Below the pieces are notes generated by a model. That model made no database searches and was not told where the DNA came from. It saw nothing but the letters and a program-made list of their open reading frames with translations. A stretch of DNA of 64,000 nucleotides from Ignavibacteria bacterium (lineage in GTDB: Bacteria; Bacteroidota; Ignavibacteria; SZUA-365): NCBI GenBank assembly GCA_016720835.1, contig JADKJW010000001.1, positions 390,776 to 454,775 on the forward strand. Reading direction: 5' to 3'. Positions 1 through 10,900 of this stretch are shown here, piece after piece. A program made the translations under genes and the position numbers. Within the stretch, counting starts at the first letter, position 1; each line of letters starts with the position of its first letter.

Positions 1-479
1 ATCCATAACACCCGATCCCTGCAAAGGCGGCGGCTCTCCCGTGCAGTCCCGAATGCGACGCGGCTGGCCTGAGGCCGAAGTCGTACATGGCGGTGAAGCC
101 CATGGATCCGTACGATTACAATTTCCAGAGGCGATTCCGGCAAACAAGCCAATGCCGATACATCGCTCGACATCCGACGCTGTCGTATCCTGCGCGACGC
201 AGACCCCTCCGACAGGGAGCAAGAGAAACAGCAGTGCTGCTGCCATAATCCTGATCGATACAACGGAGTGAAACCTCTCTCTGCACCGCATGCTTGCCCC
301 CCTGCGTGATAACGGCGTCCATCCCGCGTCCGGCCTCCGGGGGGGGGGGGGGGGGGGGGGGGTGGACGGCCGACCAGAGGGTCGCGCAGCTCCGTGTTCT
401 TTCCCTGCAAGCTACGCAGCGCGTCCGGCTCGTTCAAGGGGCGGAAAGGACGATGACGGGCGGCGGACTACTCTGGAGA

Positions 480-695
480 TCAGCGTTTCTTTCTGAAGAC
501 GACCCAGCCGAGCGCGAAACCGATCGCGAGCATCAGGATGGTCGGAATCCACATCCAGCCGCGATCGCTCATCCAGCCGTGATCCTGCATTGCGCCATCC
601 GCCATGCGTCCCGTCAGCGCGCCTCCGCCGAAGACCAGGAAGAGCGAAAGGACGATGACGAGGGCGATGACCGGAATGGATCTGCTTGCATTCAT
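480..695 (-). CDS. small membrane protein (two TM helices; resembles PLD-nuclease N-terminal-like small membrane proteins)
   Basis: ORF 480..779(-). The internal Met gives MNASRSIPVIALVIVLSLFLVFGG...MWIPTILMLAIGFALGWVVFRKKR, i.e. two hydrophobic helices and a basic C-terminus. Confidence 0.35.
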   Translation of the reverse strand: MNASRSIPVIALVIVLSLFLVFGGGALTGRMADGAMQDHGWMSDRGWMWIPTILMLAIGFALGWVVFRKKR

Positions 696-1008
696 GACGC
701 GTGCTTTTGCCTGTGGTGACGAAAGGAGACGAACTCGCCGCCGCCTTCCATGTCGAGCAGGTCTCACCGTGTTGGGCAATGCGGCTGACGGCGCGGGTTC
801 GTCTTCACAATGTCGCGTACAGGCTCCCGGATATCGTTACACAAATCCGGGAATAGCTTACAGCATTCACACACCGCACGGACACGACCATGCCGGGCAT
901 TTGTTCAATTTCGGGACATGCTGAACACATCCCGGCGTCCGGAAGCGCAAACTGAACGCAGCTGCTCGCACGCAATGATCGCGCGCGCGGGCAGGATGTT
1001 CAGGGTTG

Positions 1009-1090
1009 CGGAGGGCGAGGGATTCGAACTCTCATGACCTTGCGGTCGGCGGTTTTCAAGACCGCTGCAATACCATTATGCGAGCCCTCC
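1009..1090 (-). tRNA. tRNA-Ser (anticodon UGA)
   Basis: The reverse complement gives acceptor stem GGAGGGC/GCCCTCC and anticodon stem-loop GCGGT-CTTGAAA-ACCGC (anticodon TGA, U33, A37). There is a long variable arm GACCGCAAGGTC and a TTCGAAT T-loop. No CCA is encoded. Confidence 0.75.
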
Positions 1091-1329
1091 GGGGGGTGCG
1101 GAACGAAGATACGAAAATCGCGGAAAAGTCAACAGCAGCACGGTTCGGAACGCGATCTCCGTATTCTCCTTCCCACGCTCCCGCGTGGGAAGGCAGTCCT
1201 TCTCGATTCGCGTCGGTGTTCAAGCAGAGAAGACCGAATACTCAGTCCGATACTCACCTTGAGAAGGCGGGCCCTTCTCCTTCCCACGCTCCCGCCGTTC
1301 TTGAATCGGAACGATTTCAGACCGCACTG

Positions 1330-2616
1330 TCAGCGAGAGAGTGTAACGCTGTTCACATACGTCCTGCTACCGACAGTGGACAGGATGTAATACACACCCC
1401 CAGGATAATCGTGGACATCAAACGAACATGTTCGAGATCCTTCACCCTGAAAGAACGCATTCCTCGAATCCAGTTTCTTACCGAGGAGATCGTACAGATC
1501 CGTTGCGATGGAGATCGGCCTGTTCAGCGTATATGCAACATCGATGACGTTCCCTCGTTGCGAGACGGCGATCGATATGACCGGATCGTCCGGCAGGGAA
1601 CTCGTTTCCTCATGAACGCTCAGCAGAGACGGGATGTACTTCCAGATGCGGCCGTTGCCGCCACAGGCCCAGCAATGCAATGCATCGGTGCAGGAAATAC
1701 TGTTGACCGACGCTGCCTGCTCGATCTCGTCTCTGCTCCACACCTTTCCACCGTCAACACTTCGGTATATGTTGGGTGCTCCCCCGCTTCCAACCAGCAC
1801 CAACGATGTATCCATGCTCGTCAGCGTATAAAAAAAGTCATTATACACCCCTATTCCGGCTTGAAGGCCCGTAAAATACCAATTATTTCCTCCATCGGTA
1901 GTCTTAATCACATGCATGATATCTGATAAGCCAGTAGGACCGGCCGCCCAACCCAACAACGAATCATGAAACGACACTCCGCGAAGTCCGCCAATATGGC
2001 CCGTTGGCTGAACTTCCCATGATGCTCCCGAGTTGACCGTATGCAGTACTATACTGGGACTCTGATTGTCAAAACCCTTCAAACCAACTATCCAACCTTC
2101 ACTGTTACTGATAAAGCGCAGTGCGGCAAAGCTGCCATCAAACATTGAATCCCAAAGCAACTGCCAAGAATTTCCACCATCATACGTTCTGAGAATTATA
2201 CCCGCCAGTGCTGATCCACCAACGGCCCATCCTGTATCGTGGCTGGAGAAATATACATCTCGCAGTGTTTTTGGAGTCGGTAATTGAATTTTCGTCCAAT
2301 GTGCACCCCCATCGGTTGTATGGAGCATCTCCTTCATTCGTCCGACTATATGACCTGTAAGGCTGTCAATAAAAAACACGGATTGCAAATATATGTTTGA
2401 ATCTGGAAATTGTTGCCGCATCCACTGTACTCCTCCATCAGTAGTATGTACAATCGTGCTATTCTCTCCAACAGCCCATCCATGAATCGAATCAACAAAG
2501 CATATTTTGTTTAGATTTGCCGACGTGCCACTGTTCTGCACCCGCCATTCCTGCGCGGAAACCCTGCATGGCAGACAAAGATACACAAGCACGGCGACGA
2601 TCATGTACTTTTTCAT
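1330..2616 (-). CDS. BNR/Ycf48-like beta-propeller repeat protein with C-terminal T9SS sorting domain
   Basis: Signal peptide MKKYMIVAVLVYLCLPCRVSAQ. There are repeated S/TxDGGxTW-type motifs (TTDGGVQW, TTDGGAHW, TYDGGNSW, TTDGGNNW, SVDGGKVW). The C-terminus ...VISIAVSQRGNV...GVYYILSTVGSRTYVNSVTLSR resembles a Por/T9SS CTD. Confidence 0.8.
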   Translation of the reverse strand: MKKYMIVAVLVYLCLPCRVSAQEWRVQNSGTSANLNKICFVDSIHGWAVGENSTIVHTTDGGVQWMRQQFPDSNIYLQSVFFIDSLTGHIVGRMKEMLHTTDGGAHWTKIQLPTPKTLRDVYFSSHDTGWAVGGSALAGIILRTYDGGNSWQLLWDSMFDGSFAALRFISNSEGWIVGLKGFDNQSPSIVLHTVNSGASWEVQPTGHIGGLRGVSFHDSLLGWAAGPTGLSDIMHVIKTTDGGNNWYFTGLQAGIGVYNDFFYTLTSMDTSLVLVGSGGAPNIYRSVDGGKVWSRDEIEQAASVNSISCTDALHCWACGGNGRIWKYIPSLLSVHEETSSLPDDPVISIAVSQRGNVIDVAYTLNRPISIATDLYDLLGKKLDSRNAFFQGEGSRTCSFDVHDYPGGVYYILSTVGSRTYVNSVTLSR

Positions 2617-2954
2617 TGTTGCCTCGATTCTTCGTCAATAAACGACTTCACAGGACTGCGGATTTTGTGCGCTTCAGAAACCGGAGGGATTTCCATCGCC
2701 TTCGCACTCAATTCCACCGCTCGTTTCCATCGTTTCGCCATGATCCACCGCATCCGTTATCAACCGCCATCCACTCCTTTATAAACGTACTTTTCCCGAG
2801 CGCGAGAGTCAAGTCCCTGGCGGACATGCACGGAGGTTCATCGGAATGCATTGTCCGGCTGCAAGCGAATGCGTCGGCGCCATCGCGAGGTGGAAATGCA
2901 AACGCGCAATCATGCCCGTTGCCGCGGATTGGCTGCACGTAGCCGCAGAAAATA

Positions 2955-3491
2955 TCAGTCGGCGAATTCCGAGTAACTCCCCCGCAACGCTATCGGAGCT
3001 TTCGCGTAAAAGCCGGCGTGCCACCAGCCTTCGCTCTCCGGCATGATTGTCCGCCCGACATGCGCGAAAAGCAACGCTCCGAAAAACCCTTCGACGGATA
3101 CGCCGGTCTGCGACCGTCCGTCACGCGTGCTGACGAAGGTCGGACCCACCTCGATCCCCGTTGCATACCACATGCCCTCGACGCCGACATGCACGATGGT
3201 CTTGTCCTTGAAGCGATACGTGCTCAATACCAACCCGGCTCCCGCTCCCGCATCGCTGTTGAGATGATCGGTATTCAACGCGGAGATGGAAATCTCCACG
3301 CCGAAGAACGGACCTTCTCCTGAGCCGAGCACCCAGCCCATTTTTACTCCGGGGTTGACGGAAACGAACCATTGCGCCTGCGCAGGAACGGCACACATCA
3401 GGAATACTGCAACGCCCATCGCGGCGCTCCAGGAGCGGAGCGGCGCTCTCTGGTGCGATTGCTCGAGTGCTTTCGCTCTGATACTATCCAT
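2955..3491 (-). CDS. hypothetical secreted/outer-membrane protein
   Basis: ORF with internal signal peptide MGVAVFLMCAVPAQAQ, followed by Gly/aromatic-rich beta-strand-like sequence. The start may be at the internal Met (about 3419). Confidence 0.5.
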   Translation of the reverse strand: MDSIRAKALEQSHQRAPLRSWSAAMGVAVFLMCAVPAQAQWFVSVNPGVKMGWVLGSGEGPFFGVEISISALNTDHLNSDAGAGAGLVLSTYRFKDKTIVHVGVEGMWYATGIEVGPTFVSTRDGRSQTGVSVEGFFGALLFAHVGRTIMPESEGWWHAGFYAKAPIALRGSYSEFAD

Positions 3492-3533
3492 TGTTCAGAA
3501 AGCCTGAAATGACGGGGTGGGATGGAAAACCAT

Positions 3534-4097
3534 TTACAAGCAGATGATATATGAGACGCCAAGCCCCACTTCAATGAAGGGACCCGAACTATATGCATTG
3601 CTGATGGTATTTTTCAGTGATTTTCTTAAAAATGCGCCAATGTGAATTGATGGGAAATCATACGTCACTCCCGGCTCGATGCAGAGGGCGTCCATGACAT
3701 GGGATGTCTCGAGCACACCTCCTGTTTGATGGGTGTACCAGGAGTTCAGAAACAGGCTGCTCTCAATCGGCTTCACAATGGTAGCCGCCAGATATGCGCC
3801 CAGGCCCCGCTTCGAGGCTGTCGAGATGCCGGCGCGGAGAAGGACAAAAACATCGGTGCTGTGCGTTGACCCGACAAACATCTCACCGAAGCCGGTCATG
3901 AGTTCGACACGAAACGGAAGGGATGGCGGATACCACACGCCGGTCACCGTGAGATTCAGCATCCCCACAGCCTCGATGAAACTGCCCGCTTCCGCGCCGG
4001 GACGGAGCTGATACCGGACGCTGTCCTGCTGTGAAAACAGCAATTCTGGAAGCAACAGCCAGAGCAGAACCGCGATGAGGATGAGGCGATGTGTCAT
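3534..4097 (-). CDS. hypothetical secreted/outer-membrane protein
   Basis: Signal peptide MTHRLILIAVLLWLLLPELLFSQQ, then an alternating hydrophobic beta-like pattern. Confidence 0.5.
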   Translation of the reverse strand: MTHRLILIAVLLWLLLPELLFSQQDSVRYQLRPGAEAGSFIEAVGMLNLTVTGVWYPPSLPFRVELMTGFGEMFVGSTHSTDVFVLLRAGISTASKRGLGAYLAATIVKPIESSLFLNSWYTHQTGGVLETSHVMDALCIEPGVTYDFPSIHIGAFLRKSLKNTISNAYSSGPFIEVGLGVSYIICL

Positions 4098-4180
4098 TGT
4101 GCGGAATACTCCTTTCGTTCTTGCGAATCGCCTGCGTTGAACAATTGTGCGGGACCACTACGACAAACGGAACGTCCCTG

Positions 4181-4725
4181 TCAGAACACCTCGCCCCTGT
4201 GCAGTTCCTCGAGGAAGGCGGTGACGGGCAGGACCTCCACTTCTCCGAAGCGGTAGCGGCGGGGTCCGGTGTACACGACGATGCGGCGGTCGCAGCGCAC
4301 GCCGTCCATGGCATCGAGCGCGCGCAGCGGTTTTTCCCAGGCGCGGTCCCAGCGGTCGCCGCGCTTCACTTCCACCGCGACGATATGGGCGGGATTGCGC
4401 GCGGTCCGTTTTCGCGTTTCTACTACGAAGTCGATTTCCACGCCGGCGGCAAGGGCGTAGGAGCGCGGCGGCGGGCTCCGGCGGCTTCGTGGCGGAGTTC
4501 GTGGGAGACGTCGAGCGCGTCCTTCCAATGCTTGGTCCACCGATCGAGCAGCCCGCCATCGCGGCGCCACGCCAGGATCGAACAGGTAGCATTTCGGATG
4601 CGTGGCTTCCCGCACGGGGGGTCCGGGATCTCATGTACGATTCCGGTGTGCCCCACACCCGCATCGCGCGTCGGAAGCACGTGCATGTCCCTGCGCCAGA
4701 AAGGCAGGAAGGGGACGTTCCGCAC
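4181..4725 (-). pseudogene. remnant of AAA+ ATPase with DUF4143-like C-terminal region (frameshifted/truncated)
   Basis: ORF 4181..4615(-) has KCYLFDPGV...EIDFVVE...IVAVEVKRG, which resembles the conserved YFxDTGL / EVDFVIE / IEVKSG motifs of the DUF4143 C-terminus. The upstream ATPase part is broken across ORFs 4423..4725 and 4631..4852 in other frames. Too little space remains before the gene at 5144 for a full-length ATPase. Confidence 0.35.
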
Positions 4726-5143
4726 GACGCCCTCCGGGCCCCGCGGGGGGTCTGCACGTACCGTCGAAAAATCCGCGAAGATGCACGAACGGGAACACCA
4801 TTTTCGGGCGCGTTCGAAGTTCGTCAGTTTCGCGATCGCCTTTGCTTCTCACGGAACGCTGTCATCGACGACGCTAATGGGGTGCCGTCCAATGAGTGAC
4901 TCAGGATGTCCCCGGCATCTGCATCAGCCTGCGAATACAGCAGCGGTGCGGGCGCCGTTCAGCAGGTCGACAGATCCTTCGCTGCGCTCAGGATGACCCG
5001 GGTGTTACGGATCGCGTCAAAACGCCATCGTCCCCGCGTCACCGCATCTCCGCGTCACCGTGTCACCGCGTCGCCATCTCACGCGTTTCTCGTATATTAA
5101 CGGTCCGTATGTACGATATTCATCACCCCAGCACCTCGATATC

Positions 5144-7561
5144 ATGCCCCTTCTCTCCCACGTCTCCATCGCCGCGATCCTGCTCTGCACCGCTCTCCTC
5201 GCCGGCACGGGCAACGCGCAGCACCGCGTCGGCGGCACGGTGAAGGACAAGGCGACGGGCCGTGGACTGGAGTTCGTGAACGTGTCGGTGCTGCAGGGAC
5301 CGGACAGCGCGGTGGTGACGGGCGCGGTGACGGGCAGGGGCGGCGCGTTCGACATCGCGGGACTGTCCGCGGGCGCGTACGTGTGCCGGTTCAGCCTGCT
5401 GGGCTATCGCACGGCGCACTCCGCGAGCTTCCGCGTCGATGCGCAGCATCCCGCCGTGGCGCTGGGCGTCGTCGCGCTCGAGGAGGCGCCGGTGACACTG
5501 GACGAAGTGGTGGTCACGACGGAGAAATTGTTGTATAACACCGCCATCGACCGGAAAGTATACAACGTGGGGCAGGACATCGCGGCGAAGACGGGCTCGG
5601 CGAGCGACGTGCTGCAGAACGTCCCGTCGGTGGAGGTGGACGTGGAGGGCAACGTGAGCCTGCGCGGCTCGTCCAACGTGCTCATCCTCATCAACGGCAA
5701 GAACTCGCCGCTCATGGGGCAGAACCGCGCCGAGGTGCTGCAGCAGTTGCCCGCCAGCGCGCTGGAGCGCATCGAAGTCATCACCAATCCATCGGCGAAG
5801 TACAAGCCGGACGGCAGCTCCGGCATCATCAACCTCGTGCTCAAGAAGAACACCGACCTCGGCTTCAACGGCTCGCTCGGCGCCAACGCCGGGAATCAGG
5901 ACCGGTACAACGCCACGCTGCGCATGAACTACAAGCCCGACGGCATCAACCTCTTCGGCAGCTACGCGGTGCGGCAGGACTCCCGCAACCGCATCAGCAG
6001 CGACGTCCGGGAAGAGCCCGCCACGGGGACCGTACCCGGCTCGTACCGGTGGGACTCCGAATCGAGCGCGCGTCCCCTCGCGCATATCGCCATGCTCGGC
6101 GCGGAGGCGGAACTGGGCGCGGGCACCAGCGCGGGCGTGACCGGCGATCTGTTCCGCAATGCGTTCGTGCGAAGCGACCGCAGTATCAAAACCTATCGCA
6201 ACATGAGCGGCTTGCTCACGGCGCAGAGCAGACGCGACCTCCGCGACAGCGAGTGGAGCAACGAGGCCGGCTTCACCGCCTTCGCGGAGCACGCCTTCGA
6301 CGGCGAGGAGCACACCCTGCGCGCGGAGTTCTCGGCGTCGCGCGAGAGCGAGGAGGAGGACAATCGCGCGAGCACGTCCTACGACACCCCGTTTGGGCCG
6401 CCCGCCTACGACAATGCGCTGCTGTACCAGGTGGACGCGCAGCAGCGCGCATCCCTCGACTACGGCGTTCCCCTTTCCGAAACATCGAAGCTCGAGGCGG
6501 GATACTCGGGCGATTTCACATCCAACGAATCAGAGTACACCGTCGAGGACTTCGATCCGGATCAGCAGACCTTCGTCCGCGACGCGACGAAGTCGTACGT
6601 CTTCCATTTCCGCGACGCGCAGCACGCCGTGTACGCCACATTCGAGCAGTCGCTGGGCCTGTTCGGTTTCATGGCGGGATTGCGCGCCGAGCAGACACTG
6701 GCGGAATCGAAGCTCGTCTCGCGCGACAGCAGCATCGAGAACTCGTATTTCAGCCTGTATCCGACCGTGCATCTCGCGTACACGCTCGGCGAGGAAACGG
6801 AGCTGCAGCTCAACTACAGCCGGCGCACCAACCGTCCCGACGGCGGCGATCTGAATCCCTTCCCCGAGTATCGCGATCCGAAGAACGTGTCCGCCGGCAA
6901 CGCGAAATTGTTGCCGGAATACATCAACTCGGTGGAAGTGGGCGCGAAGGCGCAGTGGGGCATGTTCTCCATCGTCCCGTCGCTGTATTACCGGCACACG
7001 TACAACCGCTTCACCTGGGTGACGACGGTGCTGCCGGATTCCACCTTTTTCTCGACGATGCAGAATCTCGAGAAGGATCAGTCCGCCGGCCTCGAAGTCA
7101 TCTTCTCCGCGAGCGCGAACGACGTGTTCAAGGCGCATGCGAGCGGGAATCTGTTCTATAATCAGATCGACGCGTCGAATCTCGGGTACGGTGCGGACAA
7201 GTCCATCGTGAGCTGGCGCGGCGCAGCAACCTGCAGCGTGCGTCCGTTCGAGGGAACCATGCTGCAGCTCAACGCGAATTTCCATTCCGCGCGTTTGACG
7301 CCGCAGGGCGAGACCTCGCCGAGTTACACCGTGAACCTCGGCGCGCGGCAGGAACTGTTCGACGGCAGACTCACCCTGGTGCTGACCGCGGGCGACATCT
7401 TCAAGAGCATGAAGCGGGAGACGCGTATCGACACGCCGGAGTTGCAGCAGACCGTCATCAACCGGCGCGACTCGCGGGTGCTGTTTTTCGGCATGACGTG
7501 GACGTTCGGTTCGCAGCCGAAGAAGAAGGACGACACGCTGAAGTACGACGAGGCGCTGTAA
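5144..7561 (+). CDS. outer-membrane beta-barrel / TonB-dependent-receptor-like protein with N-terminal carboxypeptidase-regulatory-like domain
   Basis: Signal peptide MPLLSHVSIAAILLCTALLAGTGNAQ. A CarbopepD_reg-like segment GTVKDKATGRGLEFVNVSV...AGAYVCRFSLLGYR is followed by a plug-like region (VVTTEK...VPSVEVD...NVSLRGSSNVLILINGK) and then a long beta-barrel-like region. Confidence 0.8.
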   Translation: MPLLSHVSIAAILLCTALLAGTGNAQHRVGGTVKDKATGRGLEFVNVSVLQGPDSAVVTGAVTGRGGAFDIAGLSAGAYVCRFSLLGYRTAHSASFRVDAQHPAVALGVVALEEAPVTLDEVVVTTEKLLYNTAIDRKVYNVGQDIAAKTGSASDVLQNVPSVEVDVEGNVSLRGSSNVLILINGKNSPLMGQNRAEVLQQLPASALERIEVITNPSAKYKPDGSSGIINLVLKKNTDLGFNGSLGANAGNQDRYNATLRMNYKPDGINLFGSYAVRQDSRNRISSDVREEPATGTVPGSYRWDSESSARPLAHIAMLGAEAELGAGTSAGVTGDLFRNAFVRSDRSIKTYRNMSGLLTAQSRRDLRDSEWSNEAGFTAFAEHAFDGEEHTLRAEFSASRESEEEDNRASTSYDTPFGPPAYDNALLYQVDAQQRASLDYGVPLSETSKLEAGYSGDFTSNESEYTVEDFDPDQQTFVRDATKSYVFHFRDAQHAVYATFEQSLGLFGFMAGLRAEQTLAESKLVSRDSSIENSYFSLYPTVHLAYTLGEETELQLNYSRRTNRPDGGDLNPFPEYRDPKNVSAGNAKLLPEYINSVEVGAKAQWGMFSIVPSLYYRHTYNRFTWVTTVLPDSTFFSTMQNLEKDQSAGLEVIFSASANDVFKAHASGNLFYNQIDASNLGYGADKSIVSWRGAATCSVRPFEGTMLQLNANFHSARLTPQGETSPSYTVNLGARQELFDGRLTLVLTAGDIFKSMKRETRIDTPELQQTVINRRDSRVLFFGMTWTFGSQPKKKDDTLKYDEAL

Positions 7562-7762
7562 TCGGTGCGGTGGTCCGTGACCACCGGCACCTGTCATGCC
7601 GAGCGAAGACGAGGCATGGCACCCCGTTCCGGGGTGCTGATATCGCTCGGCGTACGCGCTGTCCGGTGGTCTTCGACGCACCGGCTACTTTCTGGCACCC
7701 CGTTCCGGGGTGAAGAACTTTGGACCGGAAAGCGACTTTATCCCTAGTCTTCAATCTGAAAG

Positions 7763-7840
7763 CTTCTGACTTCTGACTTCTGACTTCTGACTCCTGACTT
7801 CTGACTCCTGAATTCTGGATTCCTGAATTCTGGATTCCTT
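7763..7840. repeat. tandem heptamer (TTCTGAC)n followed by (ATTCTGGATTCCTGA)x2
   Basis: Direct reading: agcTTCTGACTTCTGACTTCTGACTTCTGACTCCTGACTTCTGACTCCTGAATTCTGGATTCCTGAATTCTGGATTCC. It lies in the intergenic region between the TBDR-like gene and the LamG gene. Confidence 0.8.
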
Positions 7841-7956
7841 TTTCCCGCCATCGCATGATCATGCGACTGCGCTGAAAATCCGCATATCCGTGCGATTGAT
7901 ACGGAGCGCGGGCATCCGATACATTGCGGCCATGTTTCCCACTCCATGGCCCGCAC

Positions 7957-10900
7957 ATGACACCTCCACGCCTTTGCATCGTGCTCGTCCTTGCGGCGGC
8001 CGCATTGCACCCGACCGCTGACGCCGTCGCGCAGTACGCGCTCGTGAATCAGTACGCCGTGTTCGACGGCTCGTCCTATCTCAGCGTTGCGTACACTCCG
8101 GCTTTCAACAGCGGCCTCTCGCAGGGCGCCGAGTTTGCCATCGACGCGTGGGTGTACCCGACGTCGTTCAGCGGGTATCCGACGGTGGTCGGGAACGACT
8201 ACAGCAGCGGATTCTGGCTGGGGTTCAATCTCTCGGGTTATCTCCGTTTCTACCCCAGCGGGGCTGGATACTACGAAAGCAGCACCGCGGTGCCACTCAA
8301 CCAGTGGACGCACATCGCCGTGTCGTACACGGTGGGAAAGGCCACGGTACGCTTCTTCATCAACGGCGCGCTCGACGCGACCATCACCGGCGTCGGCGTG
8401 ACCATCGGCATGGCGAACGGCGACCTGCGCATCGGCGCGGACAGGAACGGCAATACGCCGGCCTACTTCTTCAACGGGCGCATGGACGAGGTCCGCATCT
8501 GGAGCAGCATCGTCGACTTCGCGGCCGCGCCCGGCGAGCTGTACAGAACGCCGCACGAATTCGCCGGCGGACTTCACGGCAAGGCGCTGCTCGCCGCGTG
8601 GCGCCTCAACGGCGACGGCGTCGATTCGGCCTACGCGCAGAACGCCTCTCCCGTCGGCACCATGGCATACGGGAATGCGAGTCCGCCTCCGCATTACACG
8701 CGGATGTGCGCGGTGTTCGAAAACGACGGGAACACGGGGCACGATTTCTTCTCGGTGCCGAGTTCGGCTTCGCTTTCGATGACCGCGAATTACACGCTCG
8801 AGTGCTGGGCGTTCCTCGCGGGCAACGGCGCGTCCACCAGCTACCAGACCTTCCTCTCGAAGGGCATGTCGTGGAGTTCGTCGCTTCAGTACTGGCTCGG
8901 AGTGAACAAACAGAACGGCAGGCTGCGCTTTGCGCCGACCGGGGTCTTCGGCACGGCGATCGAGAGCGCCGATCCGCTGCCCGTCAATCAATGGGTGCAT
9001 GTCGCCGCCACGTTCAGCGCGTCCGGGAGCAACGGCACGGCGCGCCTGTACGTCAACGGACAGCCGAAGGGTTCCGCCTCCATCCCGAACAGCGGCACCG
9101 CCAACGCCTTCCCGCTCTTCATCGCGACCGCGGACCAGCAGGCCCTTCCCGCGACCGCGTACGCGCTGGCCGGGCGGCTCGACGAGGCTCGCATCTGGAG
9201 CGTTGCGCGCAGCGACGCGGAGATCGCGAACACGTGGCGCATGGAACTGAGCGGTCCGGTGAGCGGACTCTCCGCATCGTACCACTTCGACGGCGATGTC
9301 CTCGATCATTCCGCGGGCGGGAATCACGGAACCAATGCCAACAGTTCCTCGCTGGGTCTGTACTTCCGCGACGCATCGGATCTGCCCTCGCTCCCATCGC
9401 TGACCCTGACGGCCCCGAACGGCGGAGAGAACTGGCCCATCGGCTCGTCGCGCGCCGTGACATGGAACAGCGACGGGCTCGGAAGCGTGCGGCTCGAACT
9501 CTCGCGCGACGGCGGGGCCTCCTACACCGAAACCATCGCACCGTCCCTTTCCGCGCCGGCGGGATCGCATTCCTGGACCGTGACGGGTCCCGAAGGCGCC
9601 CTCTGCAGCTTCCGCGTGTCGAGCGCGACAGTGCCGTCGCTGTCGGATCAAAGCAACGCGGACTTCGCCATCACGCAGCCACCTCCCGTGCTTGCCGTCG
9701 CGCCGAACGCCCTCGCGTTCACTGCTGTGCAGAACGGCGCACTTCCATCCACGAAGACGCTGCACATCGCCAACACGGGCGGGGGGGCGCTGTCGTGGAC
9801 GGCATCGGCATCGTCTCTCTGGCTCAGCCTCACCCCGGGTTTCGGCGCTTTGAATTCTGATTCGACGATCGTCGGAATCGCCACGACCATGCTGCCCGCG
9901 GGCACCTTGCATGACACGATCGTCTTTTCGGGAAATGCGAACAATGTCCCTCTGCGCATTCCTGTCAGCCTGGACATTCTGGCAACGCCGCATATCGACA
10001 CCGATCCCGCATCCGTGCAGTTCAACGCGCAGCCGGGCGTCAATCCCCCGTCCAAAACCGTGCATGTGCTGAACAGCGGCACGGGCACGCTCGCATGGAC
10101 GGCGGCAAGCACGGTGCCGTGGCTGTCGGTCGCGCCGAACGCGGGCGGGCAGGGCGATTCGATCACGCTGTCCGTGTCCGTGGCCGCGCTTGCGCCGGGA
10201 ACGCACACCGGAGGAGTGACCATTGCAGGCAATGCGGACAACTCCCCGAAAGTGCTGCTCGTGCAGCTCGTGATATCCACGCAGGCGTACTACCCCGTGG
10301 CGGGGATGGCACGGTCCGGAAGCACGCCCCTTGCCGGCGTGCGCATCGACGTCGCGGGCGATTCCGTCCTTTCGCTGCTCACCGGAGCGGACGGCAGCTT
10401 CTCGATCGGAGGTCTTCGGGCCGGGGCGTACAGCGTGTCGGCGTCGAGTCCGTTCTACGCGTTCACGCCCGCATCCTATGCGCTGTCGCCGCTGAACGCG
10501 CCGCGGCTCGACCTCGTCTTCGACGCGGGTCCGAAGCAGGGCGCGGCCGTGGTGCAGTACAGGAAAGGATGGAACCTGCTGTCGCTGCCCGTCGATCCGG
10601 ACACGCGCGACATCACGGCGCTGTTCCCCGACGCATCGACGCCCGCGCTTGCGTACCGCTACTCGCAGGACAGCGGATACATCGCCGAGACGCAACTGCA
10701 TTTCGGAACGGGCTACTGGATCAAGTTCTCGAAGACAGACAGTGTGAGCATCGTCGGCTCGATGCGGGGTGATTTCCGCGTTCCGCTCACCGGCGGCATG
10801 GGCGGATGGAATCTGATCGGGGGGGCATCGGGAGCCGTGCCGATTGCCGCGATCGTGCAGAGTCCGCCCGGCTCGCTCGTCACCATCTATCAGTTCAACC

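Noticed and set aside
960-1330. tRNA-Ser as an integration site for a mobile element (direct repeats at 1165/1276)
   Set aside because: The repeats lie on the 5' side of the tRNA, do not overlap its 3' end, and no integrase, excisionase or phage genes are present in the window
1006-1926. 306-aa + strand ORF overlapping tRNA-Ser and the BNR gene
   Set aside because: It runs antisense across a tRNA and a well-supported CDS. No recognisable motifs
4091-4996. 301-aa + strand ORF in the DUF4143 remnant region, and the overlapping 4158..4757(-) ORF
   Set aside because: No motifs; composition typical of out-of-frame high-GC sequence. The region is better explained as a decayed ATPase gene
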